NCBI RefSeq assembly: GCF_000328765.2
Contig: NC_019954.2
Coordinates: forward strand, 1,624,516 to 1,656,515
From: Tepidanaerobacter acetatoxydans Re1
Lineage (GTDB): Bacteria > Bacillota > Thermosediminibacteria > Thermosediminibacterales > Tepidanaerobacteraceae
Length of the DNA: 32,000 bases
Reading direction: 5' to 3'
The notes under the pieces were generated by a model. It did no database searches, was not told where the DNA came from, and saw only the letters and a list, made by a program, of their open reading frames with translations. The position numbers and the translations under genes are program-made. Shown piece after piece: positions 1-7,476 of this stretch; positions within the stretch are counted from its first letter, which is position 1, and each line of letters opens with the position of its first letter.

Positions 1-782
1 CCTATTTCGAATATGTCCCTAACTTTGACACCCGGCTTTGTCGCTGTTATAAATGCCGTATCAACACACAGCACTGCTTGATGTCGCTTTCTTAAATCTT
101 CGGATACTTTTCCAAAATGCACTAGACGAGTAATAGATGCCATGAGGCCATATTTATGACCGGAGATCGCAAGCAATACGTACTTTTCAATAGGCTTTTT
201 TGTAGGCAGGGGATGTCGGCAATTATAAGCCCGTTCATCCGCACCCACAAGATTTACGAAAGGATAAAAATCATTCCCTGCCGAGACCTTCTTTATCATG
301 CTTGCTACTTCTAATTCAGTATCGCCCGGTTTTATACTAAAGGCTACCTGCTCCAAAATTTTCGAAGCACATTTTCCGGTCTCCAGATACCTTTCTTGTT
401 CCTCTGGAAGTAGTTCCCATCTCAATTCGGAAAATTTATCGCCTATTTGAGAATCGGTATAAATGCTGCTACTCCCAATTATTTCCTTCAAGGTATCATC
501 ATATGATCCGGGTTCCCACCAAGGATATTCTGCAACTTCTATTGGAAGGCCATCCAGCTCCTCGTTTTTTAATCTCTGAGCCTCGATATTACTTGAAAGT
601 AGATATATTTTATCATAAGTTACCAATAAATCGGCACAGGATTTAGGTGATGTAATATTTACGTAAGGCCTGCCGCCTGTTAACCATAAAAAATTTATCG
701 GTTCACTGATTAATAGATTTGATGTTCCAACTTCGTTCATGAGAGCACGGACCCTCTGAACTTTTATCTCAAATTCTGCCAT
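1..782 (-). CDS. M24-family metallopeptidase-like hydrolase (creatinase/prolidase-type N-terminal domain plus start of pita-bread domain); 3' end lies outside the window
   Basis: Absent from the ORF track because its stop is outside the window. My translation of the minus strand from ATG 782-780 (SD GAGGGAGG at 809-802) gives MAEFEIKVQRVRALMNEVGTSNLLISEPINFLWLTGGRPYV...ITRLVHFGKVSEDLRKRHQAVLCVDTAFITATKPGVKVRDIFEIG. The frame stays open to position 1. The layout resembles Xaa-Pro peptidase/creatinase/ectoine-hydrolase family proteins. Confidence 0.6.
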   Translation of the reverse strand, partial: MAEFEIKVQRVRALMNEVGTSNLLISEPINFLWLTGGRPYVNITSPKSCADLLVTYDKIYLLSSNIEAQRLKNEELDGLPIEVAEYPWWEPGSYDDTLKEIIGSSSIYTDSQIGDKFSELRWELLPEEQERYLETGKCASKILEQVAFSIKPGDTELEVASMIKKVSAGNDFYPFVNLVGADERAYNCRHPLPTKKPIEKYVLLAISGHKYGLMASITRLVHFGKVSEDLRKRHQAVLCVDTAFITATKPGVKVRDIFEI

Positions 783-969
783 TGACCAACTCAATAATTT
801 GCCTCCCTCTATAATCTTTAAGTTTTCTTTAACTATCTACCTAATTGTTAGATTTTTACATACCAAAAGCAGGCCTTATATATAACATCGGACCGATATG
901 GTTGAGATTTTGTAAAAGGGGTAGCTTTAATGCAACCACATCCTTTTTAATTTATATAAACTTGTTCAA

Positions 970-2259
970 TTAATTCCCCATCATTAAATTCGGAAGAAAC
1001 ATAGTTATAGCCGGAACATAAGTTACCAGGAGTAAAACAGCAATCATAACTACATAGAATGGAATTAAGGCTTTAGTAAGTTCTTCGACGCTAATATCGC
1101 CGACAGCACACCCAACAAAAAGAGCGCTCCCTACAGGAGGTGTCATTAAACCAATGGCAAGGTTTAGCATCATTAAAATTCCAAAATGAATCGGATCTAT
1201 ACCTACATTTGTTACTACAGGCAGTAATATAGGTGTAGCAATTAAAATCAGCGGTGCCATATCCATAATCATACCTAAAAAGAGAAGTAATAGGTTAATT
1301 ATTAGTAAAATCACATATTTATTAGAAGACAGAGATAATAAAACCTCAGTAGCAAGAGCAGGAACCTTCAAATATGCAAGCATCCAGCCGAAAGCGCTGG
1401 AAGAAGCTATAAGCGCTATTACAATAGCTAAAGTCTGTAAGCTATCAATTAAAACGTTTTTGAAAACTTTTATGGGTACTTTATATACGAGAAAAGTTAC
1501 TATAAAAGCATAAACTGCTGCTATAGCTGCAGATTCTGTAGCGGTGTACAGACCTGTTACTACACCTACAACTATTATTAGAGCAGTAACAAGACCTAAA
1601 AATGCATCTCTTGTTATTATAAGAGCTTCTCTGAACGGAACCGGTCTTTCTGCAGGGTAGCCTCTTTTTACCGCAACTATATAAGTATATATCAGTAAGG
1701 CAACGCTCAATGTTAGACCTGGCACTATACCTCCTAAAAAAAGTTTGCCTACCGATACGCCTCCGGCTGCCAACGAATAAATAATCATATTATGGCTTGG
1801 AGGAATTAAGACTGCTTGAGCCGAAGTAGCAACAGTTATCGCAACTGAGTAATCGTTGTCGTAACCTTTTTCACGCATCATCGGAATCATAATGGAGCCA
1901 AGAGAAGAAATGTCAGCTACGGCAGAACCAGATATCCCGCCAAAAAATGTGCTATCTAACACATTTACCATAGCTAATCCTCCCCTTACACGTCCAACAA
2001 GAACATCTGCAAACTTAATAAGTTGTTTTGATATGCCGCCTTGACCCATGATTTCTCCTGCTAAAATGAAAAAAGGGATACTCAGTAGTGAGAAGGAATT
2101 TATCCCCCTTACTAGAGCTTGTGCCATCATAGCCACAGGTACACCTACATAATAGGCAGTGGCAACCGAAGAAATCCCCAAAGCAAAAGCTATAGGTATT
2201 TTGAGTAACATTAATGTGATGAAACTACCTAAAAGTAAAGTAATTGCTGGAATATCCAT
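970..2259 (-). CDS. dctM: TRAP transporter large permease subunit (DctM family)
   Basis: 429 aa polytopic membrane protein. The length and N-terminus (MDIPAITLLLGSFITLMLLKIPIAFALG) are typical of DctM. It follows the DctQ-like ORF after a 4-nt gap, downstream of a DctP-like binding protein. Confidence 0.9.
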   Translation of the reverse strand: MDIPAITLLLGSFITLMLLKIPIAFALGISSVATAYYVGVPVAMMAQALVRGINSFSLLSIPFFILAGEIMGQGGISKQLIKFADVLVGRVRGGLAMVNVLDSTFFGGISGSAVADISSLGSIMIPMMREKGYDNDYSVAITVATSAQAVLIPPSHNMIIYSLAAGGVSVGKLFLGGIVPGLTLSVALLIYTYIVAVKRGYPAERPVPFREALIITRDAFLGLVTALIIVVGVVTGLYTATESAAIAAVYAFIVTFLVYKVPIKVFKNVLIDSLQTLAIVIALIASSSAFGWMLAYLKVPALATEVLLSLSSNKYVILLIINLLLLFLGMIMDMAPLILIATPILLPVVTNVGIDPIHFGILMMLNLAIGLMTPPVGSALFVGCAVGDISVEELTKALIPFYVVMIAVLLLVTYVPAITMFLPNLMMGN

Positions 2260-2263
2260 GATT

Positions 2264-2740
2264 TTATATGGTCTCCTCCCTCGTTTTATCTTTAATAAAA
2301 GAAGTTATAGTATAATAAACCATTGCTATCCCACCCAGCGTAACTGGGATATATAGAAAAGAAGAATTTAACTTTAATCCTGGCATATAATTTTTTGTTG
2401 CTACCTTGCTCATGTTAAAGCCTTCTACAATCATGAAAACTGAAAATGCAAAAATCAGAATTCTTTTTAATATGACTAGAAAACGCTCTTGAGCAGGGGT
2501 TAGGAACTTATCAATGACCTGGATAGCAATATGCGTATCATCTCTTACACCTAGAGCTATGCTTAAAAAACCAAACCATACCATACAAAGTAAAGCACTT
2601 TCTTCACCCCAAGCCGGAGTCTTACCTAAAAAGTAGCGGGTAAAAACAACCCAGGAAACAATGATTGTCATTAATACCAATAAGACCATGCCGAAATATT
2701 CTACGAATTTATTAAAATACTCATCAATTTTTTTAAACAA
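2264..2740 (-). CDS. dctQ: TRAP transporter small permease subunit (DctQ family)
   Basis: Four-helix small membrane protein between the DctP- and DctM-like genes. The longest ORF starts at 2797 but would read through the 11-bp GC hairpin at 2762-2788. TTG at 2740 lies downstream of AGGAG (2756-2752) and gives MFKKIDEYFNKFVEYFGMVLL, a typical DctQ N-terminus. The start remains uncertain (2740, 2749 or 2797). Confidence 0.85.
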   Translation of the reverse strand: MFKKIDEYFNKFVEYFGMVLLVLMTIIVSWVVFTRYFLGKTPAWGEESALLCMVWFGFLSIALGVRDDTHIAIQVIDKFLTPAQERFLVILKRILIFAFSVFMIVEGFNMSKVATKNYMPGLKLNSSFLYIPVTLGGIAMVYYTITSFIKDKTREETI

Positions 2741-2761
2741 GTCCTCCACTCTCCTATTATT

Positions 2762-2788
2762 TTGCCGCCGATTTAAGATCGGCGGCAA
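2762..2788 (-). promoter_or_regulatory. Intercistronic stem-loop between dctP and dctQ (no U-tract)
   Basis: TTGCCGCCGAT-ttaag-ATCGGCGGCAA forms a perfect 11-bp GC-rich stem in AT-rich DNA. It sits 25 nt after the dctP stop. It is followed on the mRNA by AATAATAGGAGAG rather than a U-run. Confidence 0.6.
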
Positions 2789-2812
2789 CTTATGCATGTT
2801 ATCGGAGCCTAT

Positions 2813-3853
2813 TTATTTTGCTGCCTTAATCTCTTCTATCAGATCTTTGTAGTCGGCACCAAACTTCTCATAAAGCGGTGCAACAGCATCTTGCCAAGGT
2901 TTAAAATCTTCAACTTCAGTTATGATGTTGCCGTTTGCTTTAACTTTTGCTATGGATTTTTCTTCATATTCTTTCCATGCTTTTCTTTGAACATCTTGAG
3001 ATGCCCTAGCTGCTTCTTTAATAATGGCCTTATCTTCATCGCTCAGTTTATCCCATGTAGCTTTAGAAGCAACAACAACTTCCGGAGTCATTGTATGTTG
3101 GTCCATAGTAAAATATTTGGCAACTTCATAGTGTGAACTGGAATCATAGCTGGGCCAATTGTTTTCGGCACCATGTATAACACCGGTCTGAATGGCACTG
3201 TATACTTCGCCGTATGGCATAGGAGTTGCTGAGGCTCCGACAGCTTCAACCAAACCTACCATTAACTCTGATTGCTGAACACGAATTTTTAAGCCTTTCA
3301 TATCTTCAGGGGTTTTTACCTCTCTCTTACTGTTGTAAAAATTTCTGGTTCCAGAGTCATAATATGTTAAGCCGATCATATCAGACTCTTCCAAGGTATC
3401 AAGTATTTCTTCACCAATAGGTCCGTTAAGCACTTTCCATAGATGGTCTTCATTTTCAAATAGATACGGAAGTGATAGCACCCTAAGTGTCTTTGCAAAG
3501 TCGGATAACGGCTGGGCATTGACTCTTGCAAAATCTAAGCCACCCATTTGGATAGCTTCGATTACACTTTTTTCATCTCCAAGCTGGCCTCCTGCATAAA
3601 CTTCAATCTTGATTCTGCCATTTGTCTTCTCTTCAACAATTCTTGCCATTTCCTTATCGCCGATAGTTGTAGGATAATCCTCCGGCTGATTCTCTGCAAG
3701 TTTTAGCACTATAGGTTCTTGGGCAACTTCTCCCTGTTTATCGCTATTTTGGTCGGTCTCGGACCCATTTTGGCCGCAGCCGCTAAGCGATAAAACTAAT
3801 ACTATCAAACACACAGTCAGTAAAACAAACTTTTTCGAGCGAAACAACGACAT
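2813..3853 (-). CDS. dctP: TRAP transporter substrate-binding lipoprotein (DctP family)
   Basis: 346 aa. Signal peptide with lipobox LSLSGC followed by a low-complexity linker (GQNGSETDQNSDKQGE). The body is DctP-like (LKLAENQPEDYPTTIGDKEMARIVEEKTNGRIKIEVYAGGQLG). SD GGAGGGTG lies 6 nt upstream of ATG 3853. Confidence 0.9.
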   Translation of the reverse strand: MSLFRSKKFVLLTVCLIVLVLSLSGCGQNGSETDQNSDKQGEVAQEPIVLKLAENQPEDYPTTIGDKEMARIVEEKTNGRIKIEVYAGGQLGDEKSVIEAIQMGGLDFARVNAQPLSDFAKTLRVLSLPYLFENEDHLWKVLNGPIGEEILDTLEESDMIGLTYYDSGTRNFYNSKREVKTPEDMKGLKIRVQQSELMVGLVEAVGASATPMPYGEVYSAIQTGVIHGAENNWPSYDSSSHYEVAKYFTMDQHTMTPEVVVASKATWDKLSDEDKAIIKEAARASQDVQRKAWKEYEEKSIAKVKANGNIITEVEDFKPWQDAVAPLYEKFGADYKDLIEEIKAAK

Positions 3854-3960
3854 AATACACCCTCCATTTTTTTAATTTTAAGACAAGCTACTCTATAACA
3901 GATTCCTGTGACTAAGCTATAGGCTCACCCCTTTACTTAAATAATTTACTTAATTTATTT

Positions 3961-5220
3961 CTATTCATATGAAGCTTGTTGTACATCTTCAAGCATATCT
4001 GAATTCGATTTAAATAAATGCTTTAACACTAAGGCGCACGCTCCCATTACTCCGGATTTATCTTTAAGCGTTGAAATTTCTATATCTGTAGAAAGCACTA
4101 TTTCAGGAAATGCATGAGTATCAATGTTTTGCTTTATAACATCCATGAAATAGTCTGCTACTACTGACATTTTCCCACCGATAAAAACTATTTTGGGATT
4201 ATAAAAGTTTATAACATTGGCTATCGCTTTACCTACATATACAGACATTTGCCTTAAAAGTTCCCAAGAATATGAATCTTTAATACATGCAGACTTTATT
4301 ATATCTTCTATAGATATTTCATTATTAGCCAACCAAGCCTTTTTTAATGCATCATCATCAGGTATTACAGGCAACTCCGACTTGGCTTGCCTTACCAATG
4401 CCGGGATGCCGCATATGCTTTCCAGGCATCCTCGGTTTCCGCAATTGCACAGAGGACCATCTTCCTGTATTGACATATGACCGATTTCGCCCGCATGACC
4501 TTGAGCCCCTTGCAGTACTCGATCATTAATCACAATCCCTGCGCTTATGCCTTCACCTAAATTAATATACACTAAATCCTTACAATCAGCTCCTCCTCCA
4601 AACCATCGTTCGGCCAGAGCCGATGCATTGGAATTGTTTTCTATAAAAACCGGTAGTTCAAGCTCGTTTTCTAAAATCTCCTTTACCGGGAAATTATTCC
4701 AGCTTGAACCTAAGTTGATTGAACGTTTAACACTGCCTTCGCAAATATTCAGCAGACCAGGAAAAGCCACCCCAACTCCGAGAAAAGTTTTCTTAATATA
4801 TCTTTCTTCATCCATAATCTTTTTTATTTCAGCTGACAACTGCTTTATGCCTATTTCAGGCTCAGTCATATCGATGTTTAACGTTCTAAAATCTGTGGGA
4901 GGGTTTTTTAAATCCGCTGTACCTGTAAAAGACTCAAACCTTGTAACTTCAACGCCCATAACGTATCCTGCATCAGGATTAAAACGCAGCTTAACCGGTC
5001 GCCGACCTCCTCTGGATTTGTCAAGACCCACCTCCTTTACAATTCCCATATCCAGTAATTCACGAACTATACCTGTTATAGTCGGAGGGGTCAGGCCTGT
5101 AACTTTTGCAAGCTGCTGGCGTGATATAGGTTCATGTTTTTTTATTGTATTTATAACTGACATTCTATTCAGTTTTTTTACATATTTACTATTACCTGGT
5201 TCTTTTGCCAAATATATCAC
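3961..5220 (-). CDS. ROK-family transcriptional regulator (N-terminal winged HTH plus ROK sugar-kinase-like domain)
   Basis: 419 aa. HTH segment ISRQQLAKVTGLTPPTITGIVRELLDMGIV. ROK zinc motif GHMSIQEDGPLCNCGNRGCLE. The real start may be TTG at 5211 (SD AAGGGTG) rather than GTG at 5220. Confidence 0.85.
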   Translation of the reverse strand: MIYLAKEPGNSKYVKKLNRMSVINTIKKHEPISRQQLAKVTGLTPPTITGIVRELLDMGIVKEVGLDKSRGGRRPVKLRFNPDAGYVMGVEVTRFESFTGTADLKNPPTDFRTLNIDMTEPEIGIKQLSAEIKKIMDEERYIKKTFLGVGVAFPGLLNICEGSVKRSINLGSSWNNFPVKEILENELELPVFIENNSNASALAERWFGGGADCKDLVYINLGEGISAGIVINDRVLQGAQGHAGEIGHMSIQEDGPLCNCGNRGCLESICGIPALVRQAKSELPVIPDDDALKKAWLANNEISIEDIIKSACIKDSYSWELLRQMSVYVGKAIANVINFYNPKIVFIGGKMSVVADYFMDVIKQNIDTHAFPEIVLSTDIEISTLKDKSGVMGACALVLKHLFKSNSDMLEDVQQASYE

Positions 5221-5305
5221 CCTTATCTCTGCATCTTAAAATCATACTTATTTAAATTAATTAACTATCTTTTTATAATATATTCGCCGTAAAATTATAA
5301 AATCC

Positions 5306-5320
5306 TCTTTTCTGAAAAAC
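5306..5320. promoter_or_regulatory. CodY-box-like palindrome upstream of the ROK/TRAP genes
   Basis: TCTTTTCTGAAAAAC matches the Firmicutes CodY consensus AATTTTCWGAAAATT at 11 of 15 positions, with a perfect TTTTCTGAAAA core. It lies in the 5221-5408 intergenic region. Confidence 0.3.
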
Positions 5321-5408
5321 TTTTTTAGTATTTATTTTATGATAAGTATTTCACCACTGGCATTTTCTTTGCTTTTAAAGGTTTTTGCGGTTTTTCTATT
5401 TAGAAATT

Positions 5409-6476
5409 CTAATTAAATCCATTCCTGATACCTTCGTTTAAAAACAAACTGTCCGGTAAAGGCAGTTTGACAGGCTTACCGGAAAGAGATGATTTGTATA
5501 TTGCCAAGATTATCTCTAAGGATTTTCTGCCCTCTTTGCCGTCTACTCCTATATCCGACCCGGTTCGGATTGCCTCAACCATTTCTTCAAATTGCCTCTT
5601 ATGGTTTTCAAATAAAACAGCGGGACTGTTCGCACCAGTTCCCTGTTTTTCTGTTTTACCGGCTATATCTTCACCGCCTATTATGTGAAGACCTGTTATA
5701 GCATCGTTTTCTATAACCATAGTCCCATTAGAGCCGTATATATCTATTCTGGACATTAAACCTGGATATGCATTAGTAGTAGCTTCAATAATTCCAAAAA
5801 CACCATTGGCAAATTTTAAGTTTGCTACTGCTAAATCTTCTACTTCAATTTTGTGATTAAATGTGCCGCAATTTGCAAAAACTTCCTGTACTGGACCTAG
5901 AAAATGTTGTAAAAGATCGATATAATGGATGGCTTGATTCATCAGGACACCCCCTCCATCCAATTTCCATGTTCCTCGCCAATCGGCACTGTCATAATAT
6001 TGTTGACTTCTGTACCATTTTATATAACAGCCCCCGAAACAAATATTGCCTAATTTTCCTTCATTAACTATTCTTTTAGCTGTTAGCATGTCTTTTTCAT
6101 ATCTTCGCTGAAAAACTACACATAATTTTAATTTATTCTTTTCAAAAGTTTTTATCATTTCATCAGCTTTTTCCAGAGTGACATCCATTGGTTTTTCAAC
6201 AATAACATGCTTACCGCTTCTAGCCGCTTCAACTGCCATATCTGCGTGAAGACCGCTGGGAGTGCAAATATTTATTACATCAATATCTGGCCTTTTTAAC
6301 ATCTTGCTAAAATCCGTATAGAAATCACATCCATATTTAGCGGCAAACTCCTTGGCTCTGCCAACACTCCTCGATGAAACAGCAACTAATTTTGCATCTT
6401 CTATGTGGGATATGGCAAGTGCATGCGTATCTGCTATAGCACCGCAACCTGCTATTGCAAATCGTATTTTCTCCAT
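5409..6476 (-). CDS. Gfo/Idh/MocA-family NAD(P)-dependent oxidoreductase
   Basis: 355 aa. N-terminal Rossmann fold (IRFAIAGCGAIADTHALA) and the EKP motif (HVIVEKPMDVTLEKADEM) typical of the family. SD AAGGAGG lies upstream of ATG 6476. Confidence 0.85.
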   Translation of the reverse strand: MEKIRFAIAGCGAIADTHALAISHIEDAKLVAVSSRSVGRAKEFAAKYGCDFYTDFSKMLKRPDIDVINICTPSGLHADMAVEAARSGKHVIVEKPMDVTLEKADEMIKTFEKNKLKLCVVFQRRYEKDMLTAKRIVNEGKLGNICFGGCYIKWYRSQQYYDSADWRGTWKLDGGGVLMNQAIHYIDLLQHFLGPVQEVFANCGTFNHKIEVEDLAVANLKFANGVFGIIEATTNAYPGLMSRIDIYGSNGTMVIENDAITGLHIIGGEDIAGKTEKQGTGANSPAVLFENHKRQFEEMVEAIRTGSDIGVDGKEGRKSLEIILAIYKSSLSGKPVKLPLPDSLFLNEGIRNGFN

Positions 6477-6602
6477 TCGATAGACCTCCTTGTGCTTGGA
6501 TAATTAAATGACTTTAATAAGTATATATTCTATAAAATATCGAAAATTCCTTTATTAATGTCATCAGTTACTTAATTTGGAGAAATGAAACCGTTTAATC
6601 AT

Positions 6603-6640
6603 AAAAAAAGAGCACCAAAACTTTTTTTGGCATGCTCTCC
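6603..6640 (-). terminator. Rho-independent terminator after the racemase-like gene
   Basis: Minus strand reads GAGCA-TG-CCAAAA aaag TTTTGG-TGCTC followed by TTTTTTTAT. It lies about 55 nt after the stop at 6695. It separates the dehydrogenase/racemase transcription unit from the Gfo/Idh/MocA gene. Confidence 0.6.
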
Positions 6641-6694
6641 TTATATAAACAGTTTTACTTTTATTAGCCGCCTACAGTATAATCAACATTATTT

Positions 6695-7423
6695 TTAAAA
6701 AAAATTAGCTGTTAATCTAAGTGAGTTATAAACATAATTTGTCAGGGTGATGATATCAAAGACCGGTAACTGCACCGCTTCTTGTACGGCATTTCTAAAC
6801 GGCGGCATGTTCGTACATTCAAAAACTATTGCACCTATATCGGGATTCTCACTTACCATGGTTTGTGCAACCTTAATCATTTCTTGTTCAGCTTTTGAAA
6901 TGTTAAGAGTTGTTTTCTGGTTTAGAAAAACAGCAGGGAATTCCTCCTCTTTTTCCATACCGTAAACCACTGTAGGAACATCGGCAGCTCCTGCTCCTTT
7001 AAAATGCAGTTTCGTAAGATGAGGCTTACTGGCAGTCATTATCCCAACACTCTGACCCTTTCTCAGCATCCGGTAAACCATGGAAACTTGAAGAAGACTG
7101 GAACTAAATACCGGAATATTTACTGCATCGGCTAGATATTCTTGGAAAATAGCCAAAAAACCGCAGCTTGTAGTAATAGCGGATACGCCCTCTCGTTCTA
7201 GTTCTTTTGCAGCTTCAATAAATGGTTGAACTAGCGATAAGTCGGCATCTTTTACTACTTTTTGAGAAGTAGCACCAACTACCTTTTTATATCTGACCGG
7301 AAAACAAAAAGTACCTGCATTGCCTATATCTCCGCAAATCCGAGGAAATTTCGTATCAAGCATGAGTATGCCAATGATTTCACCGTAGTTGGTTCTGCCG
7401 CCATTGACAATCATGTCAAACAT
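6695..7423 (-). CDS. Asp/Glu/hydantoin-racemase-superfamily protein (two-cysteine racemase/epimerase/isomerase-like)
   Basis: 242 aa. Two pseudo-symmetric active-site-like cysteines sit in AITTSCGFLA and IVFECTNMPPF. The N-terminal motif is GILMLDTKFPRICGDIGNAGTF. SD AAGGAG lies upstream of ATG 7423. Confidence 0.65.
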   Translation of the reverse strand: MFDMIVNGGRTNYGEIIGILMLDTKFPRICGDIGNAGTFCFPVRYKKVVGATSQKVVKDADLSLVQPFIEAAKELEREGVSAITTSCGFLAIFQEYLADAVNIPVFSSSLLQVSMVYRMLRKGQSVGIMTASKPHLTKLHFKGAGAADVPTVVYGMEKEEEFPAVFLNQKTTLNISKAEQEMIKVAQTMVSENPDIGAIVFECTNMPPFRNAVQEAVQLPVFDIITLTNYVYNSLRLTANFF

Positions 7424-7476
7424 GTCATTTCTCCTTTATCGATTTGTATCTATTTATTATACCTGATAGTCTTTAT

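Noticed and set aside
3215-3230. Exact TGGCAT-AGGAG-TTGCT sigma-54-like match on the plus strand
   Set aside because: It lies inside the dctP coding region and antisense to it, with no downstream plus-strand gene. I treat it as a chance occurrence. It also shows that the motif alone gives false positives in this window.
4547-5239. 230-aa plus-strand ORF, the largest unassigned ORF in the track
   Set aside because: It lies entirely antisense to the well-supported ROK regulator gene. It has a Ser/Pro/Ile-rich low-complexity composition, no SD, and no recognisable motif. This is the typical shadow ORF of an AT-rich gene.
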